A stretch of DNA of 64,000 bases from Euryarchaeota archaeon UBA103. Its GTDB lineage: Archaea; Thermoplasmatota; Poseidoniia; Poseidoniales; Thalassarchaeaceae. The stretch is from NCBI GenBank assembly GCA_002506825.1, contig DAYH01000031.1:3465-67464 (forward strand). The letters run 5' to 3'. Of this stretch, positions 29,846 through 40,475 are shown one piece after another. Position 1 is the first letter of the stretch; every line of letters starts with the position of its first letter. Below the pieces are notes generated by a model, which saw nothing but the letters and a program-made list of their open reading frames with translations, searched no databases and was not told where the DNA came from. The translations under genes were made by a program, and so were the position numbers.

Positions 29846-30907
29846 TCATAGGGAGATATCAGGGCCGATGATTTCTACTCCATTACCGCGCATCATTTCG
29901 ATAATCGATTTCATCACTGCTGTCGGAAGATGTTCAGGGGCATGAATGCCCGGCCCTAACATTTCGGGATCATCAATCCAGGCCTTGATGCACCCAACTG
30001 TTACGAGTCCAGTAGTACGAGCCATAGAAGATCCATCATCCCCTCCTGAGTCACTGACCACCCAATCCATTGTGTTTCCAAGATTATCTATGGCCGATAC
30101 TCCCATCCATGTGAATTCAGAAGCCGTATGGTCAAACCTCCATTCATCAATCAACTCATCTATGTCCAATGAGCCTGTATCTCTCTCTCGAATGAACCTC
30201 TCTATATGACCCGGCCATCTGACAGTATACTCAGACATTTCTTCTGCTGGTATAGTGCTCATTATCGAACGTAATCCATCCGTCAGAAAAGCCTCCATAC
30301 TGCCTCTTCCGGGAATATCTATTGTATGTCTCTCTGAGAGAGCAGGAAGAATTTCGACAATACCCCCTCTGACTACCCTGGCTGGACGGGTATACTCTGC
30401 TATTACGTCTCTAGGGGAGAAAGGGGCCATGTAGTTCCAGCCACCTTTTTTCTCAGCAGGGTTGCCTCCAACTTTTATTTCAGCCATCTTCAATCCTCCA
30501 GTCATTTTATGTGCTGCGGCGAGAAACATGTTTGACAGTCCCGGTGCTATTCCAACATCCCAGAGGACCTTAGTGCCAATGCCAATTCCTTCTTCGAGGC
30601 CCATATCAGGAGTTTTCTCGCTGAAACTCAGATCCACTATGTGTCTGCCTCCCTTACTTGCAAGCTTCTCTGTAAGTCTATGGCCAATATCTCCGGGAAG
30701 CATATTGACAAACATATCGTCATTTCCCAGCGCATCTAAATCACGATCAAAAACGTCTCCAATATGGAAAGTAATATTCTTCTCATCGCCAAACTTACTG
30801 TTATTCTGATTAATGTCATAGATATGCACTTGGTGCCCACTTTCAGCTAATTTTGTAGCCACATATGAGCCGACCAAGCCAGCACCAAAGCAATGTATCA
30901 ATTTCAT
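29846..30907 (-). CDS. Saccharopine dehydrogenase / lysine 6-dehydrogenase family
   Basis: GAGLVG Rossmann loop, VDLSF, D.GIAPGLSN, FSP.D.I.EYTRPAR, EAFLTDGLRS, SMARTTG. Confidence 0.88.
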   Translation of the reverse strand: MKLIHCFGAGLVGSYVATKLAESGHQVHIYDINQNNSKFGDEKNITFHIGDVFDRDLDALGNDDMFVNMLPGDIGHRLTEKLASKGGRHIVDLSFSEKTPDMGLEEGIGIGTKVLWDVGIAPGLSNMFLAAAHKMTGGLKMAEIKVGGNPAEKKGGWNYMAPFSPRDVIAEYTRPARVVRGGIVEILPALSERHTIDIPGRGSMEAFLTDGLRSIMSTIPAEEMSEYTVRWPGHIERFIRERDTGSLDIDELIDEWRFDHTASEFTWMGVSAIDNLGNTMDWVVSDSGGDDGSSMARTTGLVTVGCIKAWIDDPEMLGPGIHAPEHLPTAVMKSIIEMMRGNGVEIIGPDISL

Positions 30908-31006
30908 GAGTCGATCGAGTCGGCTATACTCTATTGCACCTTCGGTTAGCTATTTTTGACTCTTAAACAGCGATGACTTGATTGAGGGGGCTACATTCCA
31001 GCACTC

Positions 31007-32389
31007 ATGAATGAGGACCTCGGTATTGATCCATGGTCTACCGATGGCGAAACAGATTACTCCAGAATCGTTAATCAATTCGGACTAGAAAAGGTTGATC
31101 ATACTACTATTCCCGAACCCGGAATGCTACATCGTAGGGGCATTGTTTTCGCCCATAGAGATCTTGATGTAGCAGTCCGATCCATCAGGGACAAGTCACC
31201 ATTGGGCGTACTTACTGGTTTAATGCCTAGTGGAAAGATGCATCTCGGACATAGTATGGTAATAGAGCAAGTTAAGTGGTTTCAAGACCATGGAGCCGAT
31301 GTAACAGTTGCTGTTGCTGACCTCGAAGCATTAGCAACACGTGGGACCTCAATTTCTCAAGGACGTAAAACCGCCTTGGAGGAGTATGTCCTAAACTATG
31401 CCGCTCTGGGCTTAGATCCATCAGAGACAAAAGTATACTTTCAAAGTTCTAGGCCGGAAGTTCAGAGACTAGGATTCACATTAGGAAGAAGGACTAACCT
31501 ATCTGAATTCGAGTCAATTTATGGTTTTTCAGGAGATACCAACTTAGCACACGTCCAAGCACCCTTGGTTCAGGTCGGAGATATTGTCCACCCACAATTA
31601 GATGATTTTGGTGGACTCAGGCCGATTGTCGTCCCAGTTGGTATTGATCAGGACCCACACCTCAGACTTACCAGAGATATTGTTGGCAAGACTAATTGGT
31701 TCAATATCAAGGAGAGAAAATCAGGTGGACTAACCGTTTCTCTTTCTATTCAGCCCGACAACTCTTCAATTTTTGGAATAGGGAGTAATGGTAGAATAGA
31801 TCGTGATTCCAGAGAGGCCCTCTTCAGTAAAATAATTGACTCAATCACTCCACTGGGATTCGCCGATTTCACGGTAAATCCAAAGCATGGGACAATGGAT
31901 ATTCCTGGAGCAACTAAATCCGATAAACATCTGATAAGAATGAAGTTACTACAACTAGAGAGACATTTAGGGGGGCTTGGTCTAATGCCTCCCTGCTCAA
32001 CATATCATAGATTCGCCCCCGGGATGACAGGGGGAAAGATGTCTTCTTCTAGACCAGAAACTACGATTTTCATGACCGACACTATCGAGTCGATGTCCAA
32101 GAAGGTCAATAGGGCAATTAGTGGGGGCAAAACTACAGTGGAGGAACACAGAAGGCTCGGAGGAGATTGTTCCAAAGATATTTCTTTCCAATATCTGCAG
32201 TACTTTTTCGAGCCAGACGACTCAGCAATTTCAGAAATTAGAAGAGACTATGAGAGTGGCAGAATGCTGGCCGGAGATATCAAGAAACTATGTGTCGATA
32301 AAGCCACTATTTGGCTAAATGAAATTGTAGAGAAAAGAGAATATTGGCGTGATAGGACCGATGAGTTCATCGCTAGCGACTCCACTTGA
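31007..32389 (+). CDS. trpS: Tryptophanyl-tRNA synthetase (archaeal type)
   Basis: RRGIVFAHRD, TGLMPSGKMHLGH, VPVGIDQDPHLRLTRD, KMSSS. Confidence 0.96.
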   Translation: MNEDLGIDPWSTDGETDYSRIVNQFGLEKVDHTTIPEPGMLHRRGIVFAHRDLDVAVRSIRDKSPLGVLTGLMPSGKMHLGHSMVIEQVKWFQDHGADVTVAVADLEALATRGTSISQGRKTALEEYVLNYAALGLDPSETKVYFQSSRPEVQRLGFTLGRRTNLSEFESIYGFSGDTNLAHVQAPLVQVGDIVHPQLDDFGGLRPIVVPVGIDQDPHLRLTRDIVGKTNWFNIKERKSGGLTVSLSIQPDNSSIFGIGSNGRIDRDSREALFSKIIDSITPLGFADFTVNPKHGTMDIPGATKSDKHLIRMKLLQLERHLGGLGLMPPCSTYHRFAPGMTGGKMSSSRPETTIFMTDTIESMSKKVNRAISGGKTTVEEHRRLGGDCSKDISFQYLQYFFEPDDSAISEIRRDYESGRMLAGDIKKLCVDKATIWLNEIVEKREYWRDRTDEFIASDST

Positions 32390-32390
32390 T

Positions 32391-32996
32391 TTATTCGTTT
32401 GAAACATCAAAAACTGGATAAATTGGCCCCGGATCTAATTCTTTCGCATCTTCGTCTGAAATTTCCGACGATACCGCTTCTTCATGTAGAATTTGACTAT
32501 GGCCCACCGGGTCAAGGAGCTGCAAAGTGACAACTAGCTCCCCACTCTTGACCATATCAATTTTAGATAGCAACTCATCGCATTTAGTTTTAGTATCTTC
32601 ATCATTTTCTACGTCGGCCTGTCTTCTGATTGTTCCAATGGCACTTGCGAATCTATCTAAAACTCCCTCTACATTAGAGATATATCCAGTTGAACTTGAC
32701 CCTGGGGTCACCTCTAGTCCGAGCTCAGCTATCCTAACAGTACACGAGGATGATCGAACTACTCTGGCACTAATATGTTCAGTAGAACTCACGATTAGTG
32801 TCCATGAACCTGCTTTCTTCCCCTCTGCAGGTATGAAATCAGTAACTCTCCAGCCGCAACTATTGCACGACATAGTGATCTGTGTATGTTCTCCAAAATA
32901 TGGTATTTCAGAGCTATGGGCCATCATCTTTAGACTATTCTCATTACCACAAATAGGGCAGGATTGCTCAACACTACTCTCCATATTTATCCTCAA
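32391..32996 (-). CDS. ZPR1 zinc-finger protein
   Basis: CPIC, IPYFG, C..CGWR..D, RVVRS, GYISNVEGVL, DP.G.S.I. Confidence 0.92.
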   Translation of the reverse strand: MRINMESSVEQSCPICGNENSLKMMAHSSEIPYFGEHTQITMSCNSCGWRVTDFIPAEGKKAGSWTLIVSSTEHISARVVRSSSCTVRIAELGLEVTPGSSSTGYISNVEGVLDRFASAIGTIRRQADVENDEDTKTKCDELLSKIDMVKSGELVVTLQLLDPVGHSQILHEEAVSSEISDEDAKELDPGPIYPVFDVSNE

Positions 32997-33382
32997 CCAT
33001 TAGATCCACTGGTAAAGTTAGAGGGTAGCAGAAGTAGACGCCTATCTCCTAACCTCACAACCTCGCCAGCTATATCGTCCTCTACAAATCTTTGAATTTT
33101 ATTTACAGCAACATGTAATTCCAAATCATTTTTTATTATCTCCCCCATCTTGACTATTACCATGTCGCCATCTGAAATCCAATTCATCATTTCAGAAATT
33201 CCAGTTAGATCACTTAGCTCACATCTCCTGATTACAATATCGCCAATTACGCGTGGAACGGGCGCATCTGGGTATGATGTTCCAAGGTCATGGTAATCTT
33301 GACCAGGAGCCAGACTGTCTCTACTGGGTTCAGAGTTTCTCACTTCGATCCACTTTGGCTCCCCGCGCGTCCCTCTTGCCAC
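32993..33382 (-). CDS. sepF: Archaeal SepF-like cell division protein
   Basis: DY.DL, I..GD.VIV, GEV.RLG...LLL.P; sepF-ZPR1 adjacency is typical of Euryarchaeota; start uncertain (GTG 33382 or ATG 33436). Confidence 0.7.
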   Translation of the reverse strand: MARGTRGEPKWIEVRNSEPSRDSLAPGQDYHDLGTSYPDAPVPRVIGDIVIRRCELSDLTGISEMMNWISDGDMVIVKMGEIIKNDLELHVAVNKIQRFVEDDIAGEVVRLGDRRLLLLPSNFTSGSNG

Positions 33383-33531
33383 AACGTCACAGAATACAGA
33401 TGCCCCTTGATTTATCCGGTCCTTCTCCCTTAACATAACGTAATGTTGGGGGTTTTCTCAAACCGTGGTCCCGTCGGATTCATAAGGGGCTGTCGTGAGA
33501 CGATACTGTCGGCACTCCCGGCGGTGACATT

Positions 33532-34158
33532 ATGGATCCCACACTTGATGCAGTAAAGACAGGTACTAGTACCATTGGAATTACATTTGACGGCGGAGTT
33601 GTAGTTGGTGCTGATCATAGAGCAACAATGGGTCACTTCATCGCCAACAAGAGTGTTAAGAAACTATTCGATATTTCTGACTACGTTGCCCTCACCACAG
33701 CAGGGCTAGTTGGTCACGCACAATCCCTGTCTAGGACTCTATCCGCAGAATTGAAACTCTATGAGCTAAAACAGGGTAAGCACATGACTGTGAAGGGCGC
33801 CGCCACATTGACCGCCAATATCCTTGTTGGTAGGCCACACTATGTCCAACTTCTTATCGTGGGCGTAGATAGCTCTGGTTCCAGTGTTTACAGCATAGAC
33901 TCCGCCGGAGGGTCAATTCCAGACGTCTACTGTGCGACCGGTTCAGGTAGCCCATACATGTATGGAGTTCTTGAAGACCAATTCAAACTTAATATGTCGG
34001 AGAAAGAAGCTCTCCGTGTCGCCGCAAAGGCTCTCTTAGCATCTGCACAAAGAGATGCTGCAAGTGGAAATGGCATGGATTTAGCTGTAATCACACCAGA
34101 ATCTGGCTATCGCCAACTGTCAGAAGAAGAGGTTTCACGCCTCATCCAAGAAATTTGA
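33532..34158 (+). CDS. psmB: Proteasome beta subunit
   Basis: Short propeptide ending KTG then T(S)TIG; AD.RATMG, ATGSGS, RDAASG. Confidence 0.96.
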   Translation: MDPTLDAVKTGTSTIGITFDGGVVVGADHRATMGHFIANKSVKKLFDISDYVALTTAGLVGHAQSLSRTLSAELKLYELKQGKHMTVKGAATLTANILVGRPHYVQLLIVGVDSSGSSVYSIDSAGGSIPDVYCATGSGSPYMYGVLEDQFKLNMSEKEALRVAAKALLASAQRDAASGNGMDLAVITPESGYRQLSEEEVSRLIQEI

Positions 34159-34222
34159 AATTCACGTTTAGTGCACTTACCTGTATTTAGCAGGAAAGCT
34201 AGCGTGAGCAGGAAGTGAATAA

Positions 34223-36142
34223 ATGAGGCTTACTTTCTCAGAAATTAAGAATAAGATTGGAAAAATTGTACCAGAAGGATTAGATTATGATGTTGATTTG
34301 GAAGCAGGATCAATTTCCATAATTACTAGAGAACCAGCTTCTTTTGGTGGTGCTGGAGGACAGAGTCTCACAGTCAAAATTGCCAAGGCCATTAGGCGAA
34401 GAGTAGTGATAAGACCTCATCCAGAGCTACTTTCAAGTGAAACCGAAGTAAACGACGCCGTATCTAGAATAATGCCTTCAGAAGCACAAATCAGAAGAAT
34501 ATGGCTAGATCCTGCTTTATCTGAAGTTACAATTGAAGCTGATGACCCTAAATCTGCAGTGGGACAGAAAGGAACTAACATCCAACAGCTTAGAAATGAG
34601 ATTGGATGGTTAGTTAATGTTGTCAGAGCCCCGGCAAGAGAGAGTAGAACACAAACCGACATTAGAAGATTCAGAAAAGAATTGGCCGATGAGAGGAAAA
34701 CACTTCTCAGAAAATTTGGCACTAGGATATACAGGCCACAAAGACCAGGTCCTTCATGGGCCAGAGTTACGGCTCTCGGTTCCTATAGAGAAGTTGGAAG
34801 GGCCATGCACTTGGTAACCACCAATGAATCTAAAGTTCTGGTAGACTGCGGTGCCAAGCCGACCAATAACAGAAGTGAGGTCCAGCCATTCTTCGCCGCC
34901 CCAGAGATGCTTCCCTTGGATAATATCGATGCCGTTGTAATCACTCACGCACATGTGGATCATATTGGAATGTTACCGGTTCTATTCAGATACGGATACA
35001 AGGGTCCTGTATACTGCACCCAACCAACTAGGGACCTCATGACCCTGTTACAGATGGATTACATCAAAGTAGCTCAGGCTGAAGGAAATGAGGCCCCATA
35101 CTCAAAATCCGATATTCAGGAATGTATCAAACATGTGGTGGATGTTAATTGGGGTGAGAAAACAGACATAGCTCCTGACATCAAAATGACTATGGAAAAT
35201 GCTGGACATATACTGGGCTCATCAAGTGTTTACATGCAAATAGGAGAAGGAAGAACAGAGCATAAACTGCTATTCTCAGGGGACATTAAGTATGAGAAAT
35301 CATGGTTATTCGATGCCGCTACTGTTAGGTTCAATAAGGTAGATACCCTAGTTATAGAATCAACATACGGCGGTCCCCAAAGTATCCAGCCTACACGACA
35401 ACAGGCCACTCAAGACTTACATGATTTGATTACCGATACACTGTCAAGGAAGGGGAAAATATTCTGCCCGGTTTTTGCAGTTGGCAGGTCGCAAGAGGTA
35501 ATGATGGCAATAGATGAGCTTTTCAAATCTGAAAAAGTCACACCAGTAACTGTTTGGCTAGATGGAATGATCTCTGAGGCCACCGCAATCCACACAAGCC
35601 ACCCTAATTACCTCAATAAAGATCTTAGGGGTAAGATGCTAAGAGGCGGGGCTGAGAATCCCTTCAATTCTAAATGGTTTAAACAGGTCGAGTCCAGAGA
35701 ACAAAGAGAATCGATACTTCTCGACCCTACTCCTTGTATTGTCCTGGCTACAAGCGGGATGATGACAGGAGGACCTATAGTTGAATATTTTAAACACTGG
35801 GCACCTGAGCCAGGAAATACACTTTGTTTTGTCGGCTATCAAGCTTCAGGAACTCTTGGGAGGAGGCTGCAAGACGGCCATTCGCAAGTTCCCTTAGTAG
35901 ACAAAGGACAGACACTAATGGTCGATATACGTTGTAATATGGTGATAATAGATGGATTCAGCGGTCACTCAGATAGAAATCAATTAATGGATTATGTCAA
36001 GGCACTAAATCCCACTCCAAGGAAAATAATTTGTCATCACGGAGATCCACAAACATGTAACGCATTCAGAAAAGGCTTGAGAGAGATATTCAAAGTACAA
36101 ACTTACGCGCCCGACAATCTGGAAACACTACGTCTGGTGTGA
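34223..36142 (+). CDS. fttA: aCPSF1 beta-CASP ribonuclease / transcription termination factor FttA
   Basis: N-terminal KH domains, THAHVDH, AGHILGS, ESTYG, FAVGRSQE, GFSGHSDR; follows psmB as in many archaea. Confidence 0.95.
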   Translation: MRLTFSEIKNKIGKIVPEGLDYDVDLEAGSISIITREPASFGGAGGQSLTVKIAKAIRRRVVIRPHPELLSSETEVNDAVSRIMPSEAQIRRIWLDPALSEVTIEADDPKSAVGQKGTNIQQLRNEIGWLVNVVRAPARESRTQTDIRRFRKELADERKTLLRKFGTRIYRPQRPGPSWARVTALGSYREVGRAMHLVTTNESKVLVDCGAKPTNNRSEVQPFFAAPEMLPLDNIDAVVITHAHVDHIGMLPVLFRYGYKGPVYCTQPTRDLMTLLQMDYIKVAQAEGNEAPYSKSDIQECIKHVVDVNWGEKTDIAPDIKMTMENAGHILGSSSVYMQIGEGRTEHKLLFSGDIKYEKSWLFDAATVRFNKVDTLVIESTYGGPQSIQPTRQQATQDLHDLITDTLSRKGKIFCPVFAVGRSQEVMMAIDELFKSEKVTPVTVWLDGMISEATAIHTSHPNYLNKDLRGKMLRGGAENPFNSKWFKQVESREQRESILLDPTPCIVLATSGMMTGGPIVEYFKHWAPEPGNTLCFVGYQASGTLGRRLQDGHSQVPLVDKGQTLMVDIRCNMVIIDGFSGHSDRNQLMDYVKALNPTPRKIICHHGDPQTCNAFRKGLREIFKVQTYAPDNLETLRLV

Positions 36143-36412
36143 TCACAGAACCGGTGTATCGAAGCCAAAATCACCCGGTTTCATGGCACTGTCATCATCT
36201 GTTTTTTCCTCATCCTTCCATTCTTCAGAGATATTTACAGGTGCGGGCTTATTATCTCCAGATGATAAGACCAATGCTACAGAAAACGGCATTAATAGAA
36301 GAAATATCCATGACTGATATCCTATCTCTCCAGAAGTAAGGATGTTAAACAATGATAGCATCACTAAGGCTATGGTAAGGACCCATCCAGTTGCTCGGCG
36401 AACAGTGCTCAT
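36143..36412 (-). CDS. Small hypothetical membrane protein
   Basis: Two TM helices and an acidic tail (GFDTPVL); fills the gap between genes. Confidence 0.6.
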   Translation of the reverse strand: MSTVRRATGWVLTIALVMLSLFNILTSGEIGYQSWIFLLLMPFSVALVLSSGDNKPAPVNISEEWKDEEKTDDDSAMKPGDFGFDTPVL

Positions 36413-36475
36413 GATACCCTGCCTAGGTCTGGATTAATCAGTCAACCTCTTGTACCTCGCCTTTCATCTTAGTTC

Positions 36476-36910
36476 ATGCAGGGAAGATGGGTAATGCTCA
36501 GGTGTGAATGCGGGAGAAATTTTGGCTCCAGAGTCAATTCAAATGCCAATTGTCCAAAATGCAACGGGAAAACATCCCTGACCACAGTGAAAATATTCTC
36601 GTCCTCTTCCGAACTGAGAGAAGCGGTCTCCAAAGCAAACGTCCCGGGCGAGATTGTCAGTGAATTATCATTCAAACTGGCCGCCTATGAAAAATCAGAA
36701 CGAAGCAAAGAGAATTTAACCAGTAGTGATATACAGAAAATTCTGTCCCATGCACTGCTTGCAGATAATTCAATTACACTGAACTCGATTGAAGAATCTA
36801 TGGCATCACTAAAACTCAAGAAAATGAGTGCGGAGCAATTGATCGAGCTCCTTGAAGTATCGTCAATGGTCCTTAGAAATACAAATAACTCTTGGTCGAT
36901 TCTCCAGTAA
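36476..36910 (+). CDS. Hypothetical Zn-ribbon protein
   Basis: RCECG...CPKC at the N-terminus; helical, possibly winged-helix C-terminus. Confidence 0.65.
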   Translation: MQGRWVMLRCECGRNFGSRVNSNANCPKCNGKTSLTTVKIFSSSSELREAVSKANVPGEIVSELSFKLAAYEKSERSKENLTSSDIQKILSHALLADNSITLNSIEESMASLKLKKMSAEQLIELLEVSSMVLRNTNNSWSILQ

Positions 36911-36943
36911 CGTTCATTCAAGAGATGCCTTGCGAAACCATAG

Positions 36944-37021
36944 GGGCCCGTGGGTTAGTCTGGTCTATGCTAGATGCTTTGGGAGCATTTGACCCTGGTT
37001 CAAATCCAGGCGGGCCCACCA
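36944..37021 (+). tRNA. tRNA-Pro (anticodon TGG), CCA encoded
   Basis: Acceptor GGGCCCG/CGGGCCC, anticodon arm GATGC-TTTGGGA-GCATT, T-loop GGTTCAAATCC, ends ACCA. Confidence 0.93.
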
Positions 37022-37022
37022 T

Positions 37023-37781
37023 TTATCCTACTCTACTAAGTGCCTCGATGTCAAATATTGATACTGCATTATCCAAAGCTTCTGAGACATTGAACCACAT
37101 GGCATCTTCTATCTCATCATCTTTAGGAGTAATTTCATCAAGACTAATGTCTGAATGACATCTATACGTAAATGAAATCCAATTAATCCCATCTTCTGTA
37201 AAAATCTCCTCGCGTATAAACGCTCCATCATCATTCCCAAATGAACTACCAGTCTCTCCCTTCGGGTCATCAATAACAATATCAATCCCAAGCTCTTCTT
37301 TGGCTTCTCTTACAGCGGCTTCCCTAGGGTGCTCACCATAATCAACAAACCCTCCCGGCAGTGTCCAACAGCCAGTGAAAAAACCTCTTGATACTTTGGC
37401 CATTAGAACCTCTCCTTTAGAATTCATAATCAATACCTTGCTTACTACTCTGTGTATCGTTCTATATACTGATTCTCTTACTACAGGATCAACAGCATTG
37501 TCACTGATCACAGAGTCTTTCCACGCCCATTCTCCGGGCCAATCGATAATTGGTCTTCCGTGTATGACTACATGTTCTTCTTGTGCAAGTCTAAACTTGT
37601 TTGTCCTTATCTTTTCCCATGGTATTCTAAATCCTTCTAGCTCTGTAGCAGTTGGTAAGCGTATTAAGTCTGAATTCGGGTCATACTCAACTCTGCCCAT
37701 CTGGGGTATTGCTGGACCTGTGCCGTCATTGTGTACCAACAGTAGTTTACCATCCGATTCAAGGTACACATGTTCTCCCAT
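37023..37781 (-). CDS. NUDIX hydrolase with N-terminal extension
   Basis: Nudix box [25 protein letters not shown]. Confidence 0.9.
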   Translation of the reverse strand: MGEHVYLESDGKLLLVHNDGTGPAIPQMGRVEYDPNSDLIRLPTATELEGFRIPWEKIRTNKFRLAQEEHVVIHGRPIIDWPGEWAWKDSVISDNAVDPVVRESVYRTIHRVVSKVLIMNSKGEVLMAKVSRGFFTGCWTLPGGFVDYGEHPREAAVREAKEELGIDIVIDDPKGETGSSFGNDDGAFIREEIFTEDGINWISFTYRCHSDISLDEITPKDDEIEDAMWFNVSEALDNAVSIFDIEALSRVG

Positions 37782-37793
37782 TAATACACCTAT

Positions 37794-38789
37794 CTATTTT
37801 CCCAAGAGCTCGCTTACTGCATCTCGTTCTTCCAAAAGAACAGCAATGTTCTCATCTATCTTCATCTGTGCAAATGAATCGATAGGAAGATTATCTACCA
37901 CAATCACATCACCATTTTCACATCTACATGGAAAACTAAACACTAATCCTTCAGGAACCCCATACCAACCTTCAGAAGGTAGGGCCATGGATACTATACG
38001 ACCATCCGTACCTTGCCACCAGTCACGCATATGATCTATTGCAGCAGAGGCTGCCGATGCCGCAGATGATGCCCCACGTGCAACGATAATAGCTTTCCCA
38101 CGTGTTGCTACCGTATCCAAGAAATCACCCTGTAACCATTCTCTGTCGAATAGCTCAGTTGCACTTTTGCCATCAACCATGGCGAAACGGGGGTCTGGGT
38201 ACATAGTGTTAGCATGGTTTCCCCAGATGAATAAATCATTTATCTTCGATGCGGGTACGCCTGAGCGCTCGGCCATCTGTCCAACGGCCCGATTCTGGTC
38301 GAGCCTAGTCATAGCAGTAAATTGCCGAGGAGGTATTCTGGGTGCATTTGCACACGCTATTAGGGCATTGGTATTACACGGGTTACCGACGGTAATAATC
38401 TTCACTTTTGACGAGGCAACAGCATCAATTGCCTTTCCCTGTCCGACGAATATTGGGCCATTTGCCGCCACGAGATCAGATCGATCCATGTCTTTAGTCC
38501 TAGGTCGCGAGCCAACTAGAAAAATCACATCGGCTTCTTTGAATGCCACATTTGGGTCATCTGTACCTAATATCCCACGTACAAGTGGAAACGCAGAGTC
38601 ATTCAACTCCATCATTACTCCCTCTAGGCGTTGCATTCCAGGTGGTATTTCTAGTAGCTGCAATGTAACTGGTTGGTTCATTCCGAAACAATCCCCACTC
38701 GCTATCCTCCACAATAGTGCATATCCAATATTGCCCGCGGCCCCAGTGACAGCAACACGAATTGATTTTTTCATCCCGTCATTCGCCAT
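37794..38789 (-). CDS. mdh: Malate dehydrogenase (dimeric, bacterial/cytosolic type)
   Basis: [53 protein letters not shown]. Confidence 0.95.
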   Translation of the reverse strand: MANDGMKKSIRVAVTGAAGNIGYALLWRIASGDCFGMNQPVTLQLLEIPPGMQRLEGVMMELNDSAFPLVRGILGTDDPNVAFKEADVIFLVGSRPRTKDMDRSDLVAANGPIFVGQGKAIDAVASSKVKIITVGNPCNTNALIACANAPRIPPRQFTAMTRLDQNRAVGQMAERSGVPASKINDLFIWGNHANTMYPDPRFAMVDGKSATELFDREWLQGDFLDTVATRGKAIIVARGASSAASAASAAIDHMRDWWQGTDGRIVSMALPSEGWYGVPEGLVFSFPCRCENGDVIVVDNLPIDSFAQMKIDENIAVLLEERDAVSELLGK

Positions 38790-38997
38790 ACCAACGATTG
38801 CAATTTCATTAGAATCTGTGGACACTATCTCTCCTCGTGCTAGCGGTAGTGATTGGAGTATTAGCACTTTGCGACAAAACAATCTGTAAAGCACAACAGA
38901 ATATCCTCTTGAGACAATGAGATTAGTGAGCCGACGGCTTCAATAAGCGCCAACATCTCGGAAGTTTAACTTGGTCTTCGACTAAACGAGTGATACT

Positions 38998-40155
38998 ATG
39001 CGACTAGGTGTTCTCAAAGAGCCACAGGGGGAGATGAGGGTTGCTATAGTCCCCAATTCCTTACTCAAACTATCGAAGTCTGGATTTGAAGTATTCATAG
39101 AAAAAGATGCTGGAATCAATGCAAACCATTCGGATGAAGAGTATGAAGGTAGGGGCGGTACAATATGCTCTAGAGAAGAGGTGTTGGCCTGTGATGCGAT
39201 AGTCTCGATCAGGTCCCCAGAATTATCAAGCATCGCGGAAGGCTCAGTACTGATTTGCGTCGCCGATCCATTTAGGAATCCCGATACAGTAAACGAAGCA
39301 ATCTCTTCAGGTATTACTTTGATCAGTATGGATATGATTCCAAGAAGGCTATCCAGGGCCCAGTCCATGGATGTAAATTCTAGCCAAGACAACCTCTCCG
39401 GATACAAAGCAGTATTGCTGGGTGCTTCAAATGTCTCCAAAGCCATACCAATGATGACTACTAGTGCAGGTACAGTAAAACCTGCGAAGTTCGTTATTAT
39501 GGGTAGTGGAGTTGCAGGGCTACAGGCCATAGCTACGGCCAAGCGTATTGGTGCGATTGTATATGCTTCTGATGTTAGAAAATCTGCAGCAGAACAAATT
39601 GAGTCTGTTGGTGGCAGGTTCATTGAGGTGGAGGGAATGGATGATTTCGAAGACGAGTCAGGTTATGCTAAGCCCCTGACCCCCGAGTTTATTCAGAAAG
39701 TCAATGATACAGTATGTGAAGTTGCCAGTGATGCCGACGTGATAGTAACCACAGCTCGAATTTTCGGTAGACCAGCCCCTATTACAATCCCTGAATCTGC
39801 CGTACGCTCTTTCAAGACCGGCTCAGTAATTGTGGATATGAATGCCGATGTTGGTGGAAACTGTGAGCTCACATCCCCTGGGGAAACAGTGGTCAAACAT
39901 GGAGTTAAAATTATTGGAATTAATAATCTTGCAGGAACGATCCCTTCTTCAGCGAGTATGCTGTACTCCAATAATATTACTAATTTCGTCATCTCAATAT
40001 CGGGGGATGACGGTCTAATATTGGATTCTGAAGATGATATCCTAGTAGGGCCGCCCGAAGGCTCTGACTTCTTCGTAGATGGCATGGGTGGTGTTCTGAT
40101 TTGTCGTGATGGAAAGTTACATCAAAACCAAACTAGATTGGGAGGGATATTGTAG
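38998..40155 (+). CDS. pntAA: NAD(P) transhydrogenase subunit alpha, part 1 (dI)
   Basis: E.RVA..P, PRRLSRAQSMD..SSQ..L.GYKAV, G.GVAGLQAI, GYAK, GGNCE. Confidence 0.95.
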   Translation: MRLGVLKEPQGEMRVAIVPNSLLKLSKSGFEVFIEKDAGINANHSDEEYEGRGGTICSREEVLACDAIVSIRSPELSSIAEGSVLICVADPFRNPDTVNEAISSGITLISMDMIPRRLSRAQSMDVNSSQDNLSGYKAVLLGASNVSKAIPMMTTSAGTVKPAKFVIMGSGVAGLQAIATAKRIGAIVYASDVRKSAAEQIESVGGRFIEVEGMDDFEDESGYAKPLTPEFIQKVNDTVCEVASDADVIVTTARIFGRPAPITIPESAVRSFKTGSVIVDMNADVGGNCELTSPGETVVKHGVKIIGINNLAGTIPSSASMLYSNNITNFVISISGDDGLILDSEDDILVGPPEGSDFFVDGMGGVLICRDGKLHQNQTRLGGIL

Positions 40156-40475
40156 TGTCACTTACACTTACAGCTCTCATCGGTAGCATTACCGTATTCG
40201 TGCTTGCTATTTTCCTGGGTTTTGAATTAATTAGTAAAGTTCCTCCCACACTACATACGCCTCTGATGTCAGGTGCGAACGCTATATCTGGGATTACCAT
40301 AGTCGGGGCACTTATTCTATCTAACGAAATTTTCAGCGGAATAGACACCTCATTTGCAGCTATTCTAGCGTTTCTCGCCCTAGTGATGGCAACGATCAAC
40401 GTAGTAGGTGGCTTCATGGTCACAAATAAGATGCTGGAAATGATAGCAGGTAAGAAGAGAAAGGGAGGGAACTGA
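40155..40475 (+). CDS. pntAB: NAD(P) transhydrogenase subunit alpha, part 2
   Basis: KVPPTLHTPLMSGANAISGI, INVVGGF.VT..ML.M. Confidence 0.95.
   Translation: MSLTLTALIGSITVFVLAIFLGFELISKVPPTLHTPLMSGANAISGITIVGALILSNEIFSGIDTSFAAILAFLALVMATINVVGGFMVTNKMLEMIAGKKRKGGN

Noticed and set aside
31685-31980. About 100-aa insert in TrpRS before KMSSS
   Set aside because: Similar inserts are known in long euryarchaeal TrpRS; not an intein
36944-37021. tRNA as an integration site for a mobile element (also tRNA-Lys)
   Set aside because: No integrase and no duplicated tRNA 3' end seen; the flanks are housekeeping genes
36892-37158. 88-aa ORF
   Set aside because: Overlaps tRNA-Pro and is antisense to the NUDIX gene
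37375-39623. Long ORFs 37375..38034, 38167..38889 and 38982..39623
   Set aside because: Antisense shadows of NUDIX/mdh/pntAA
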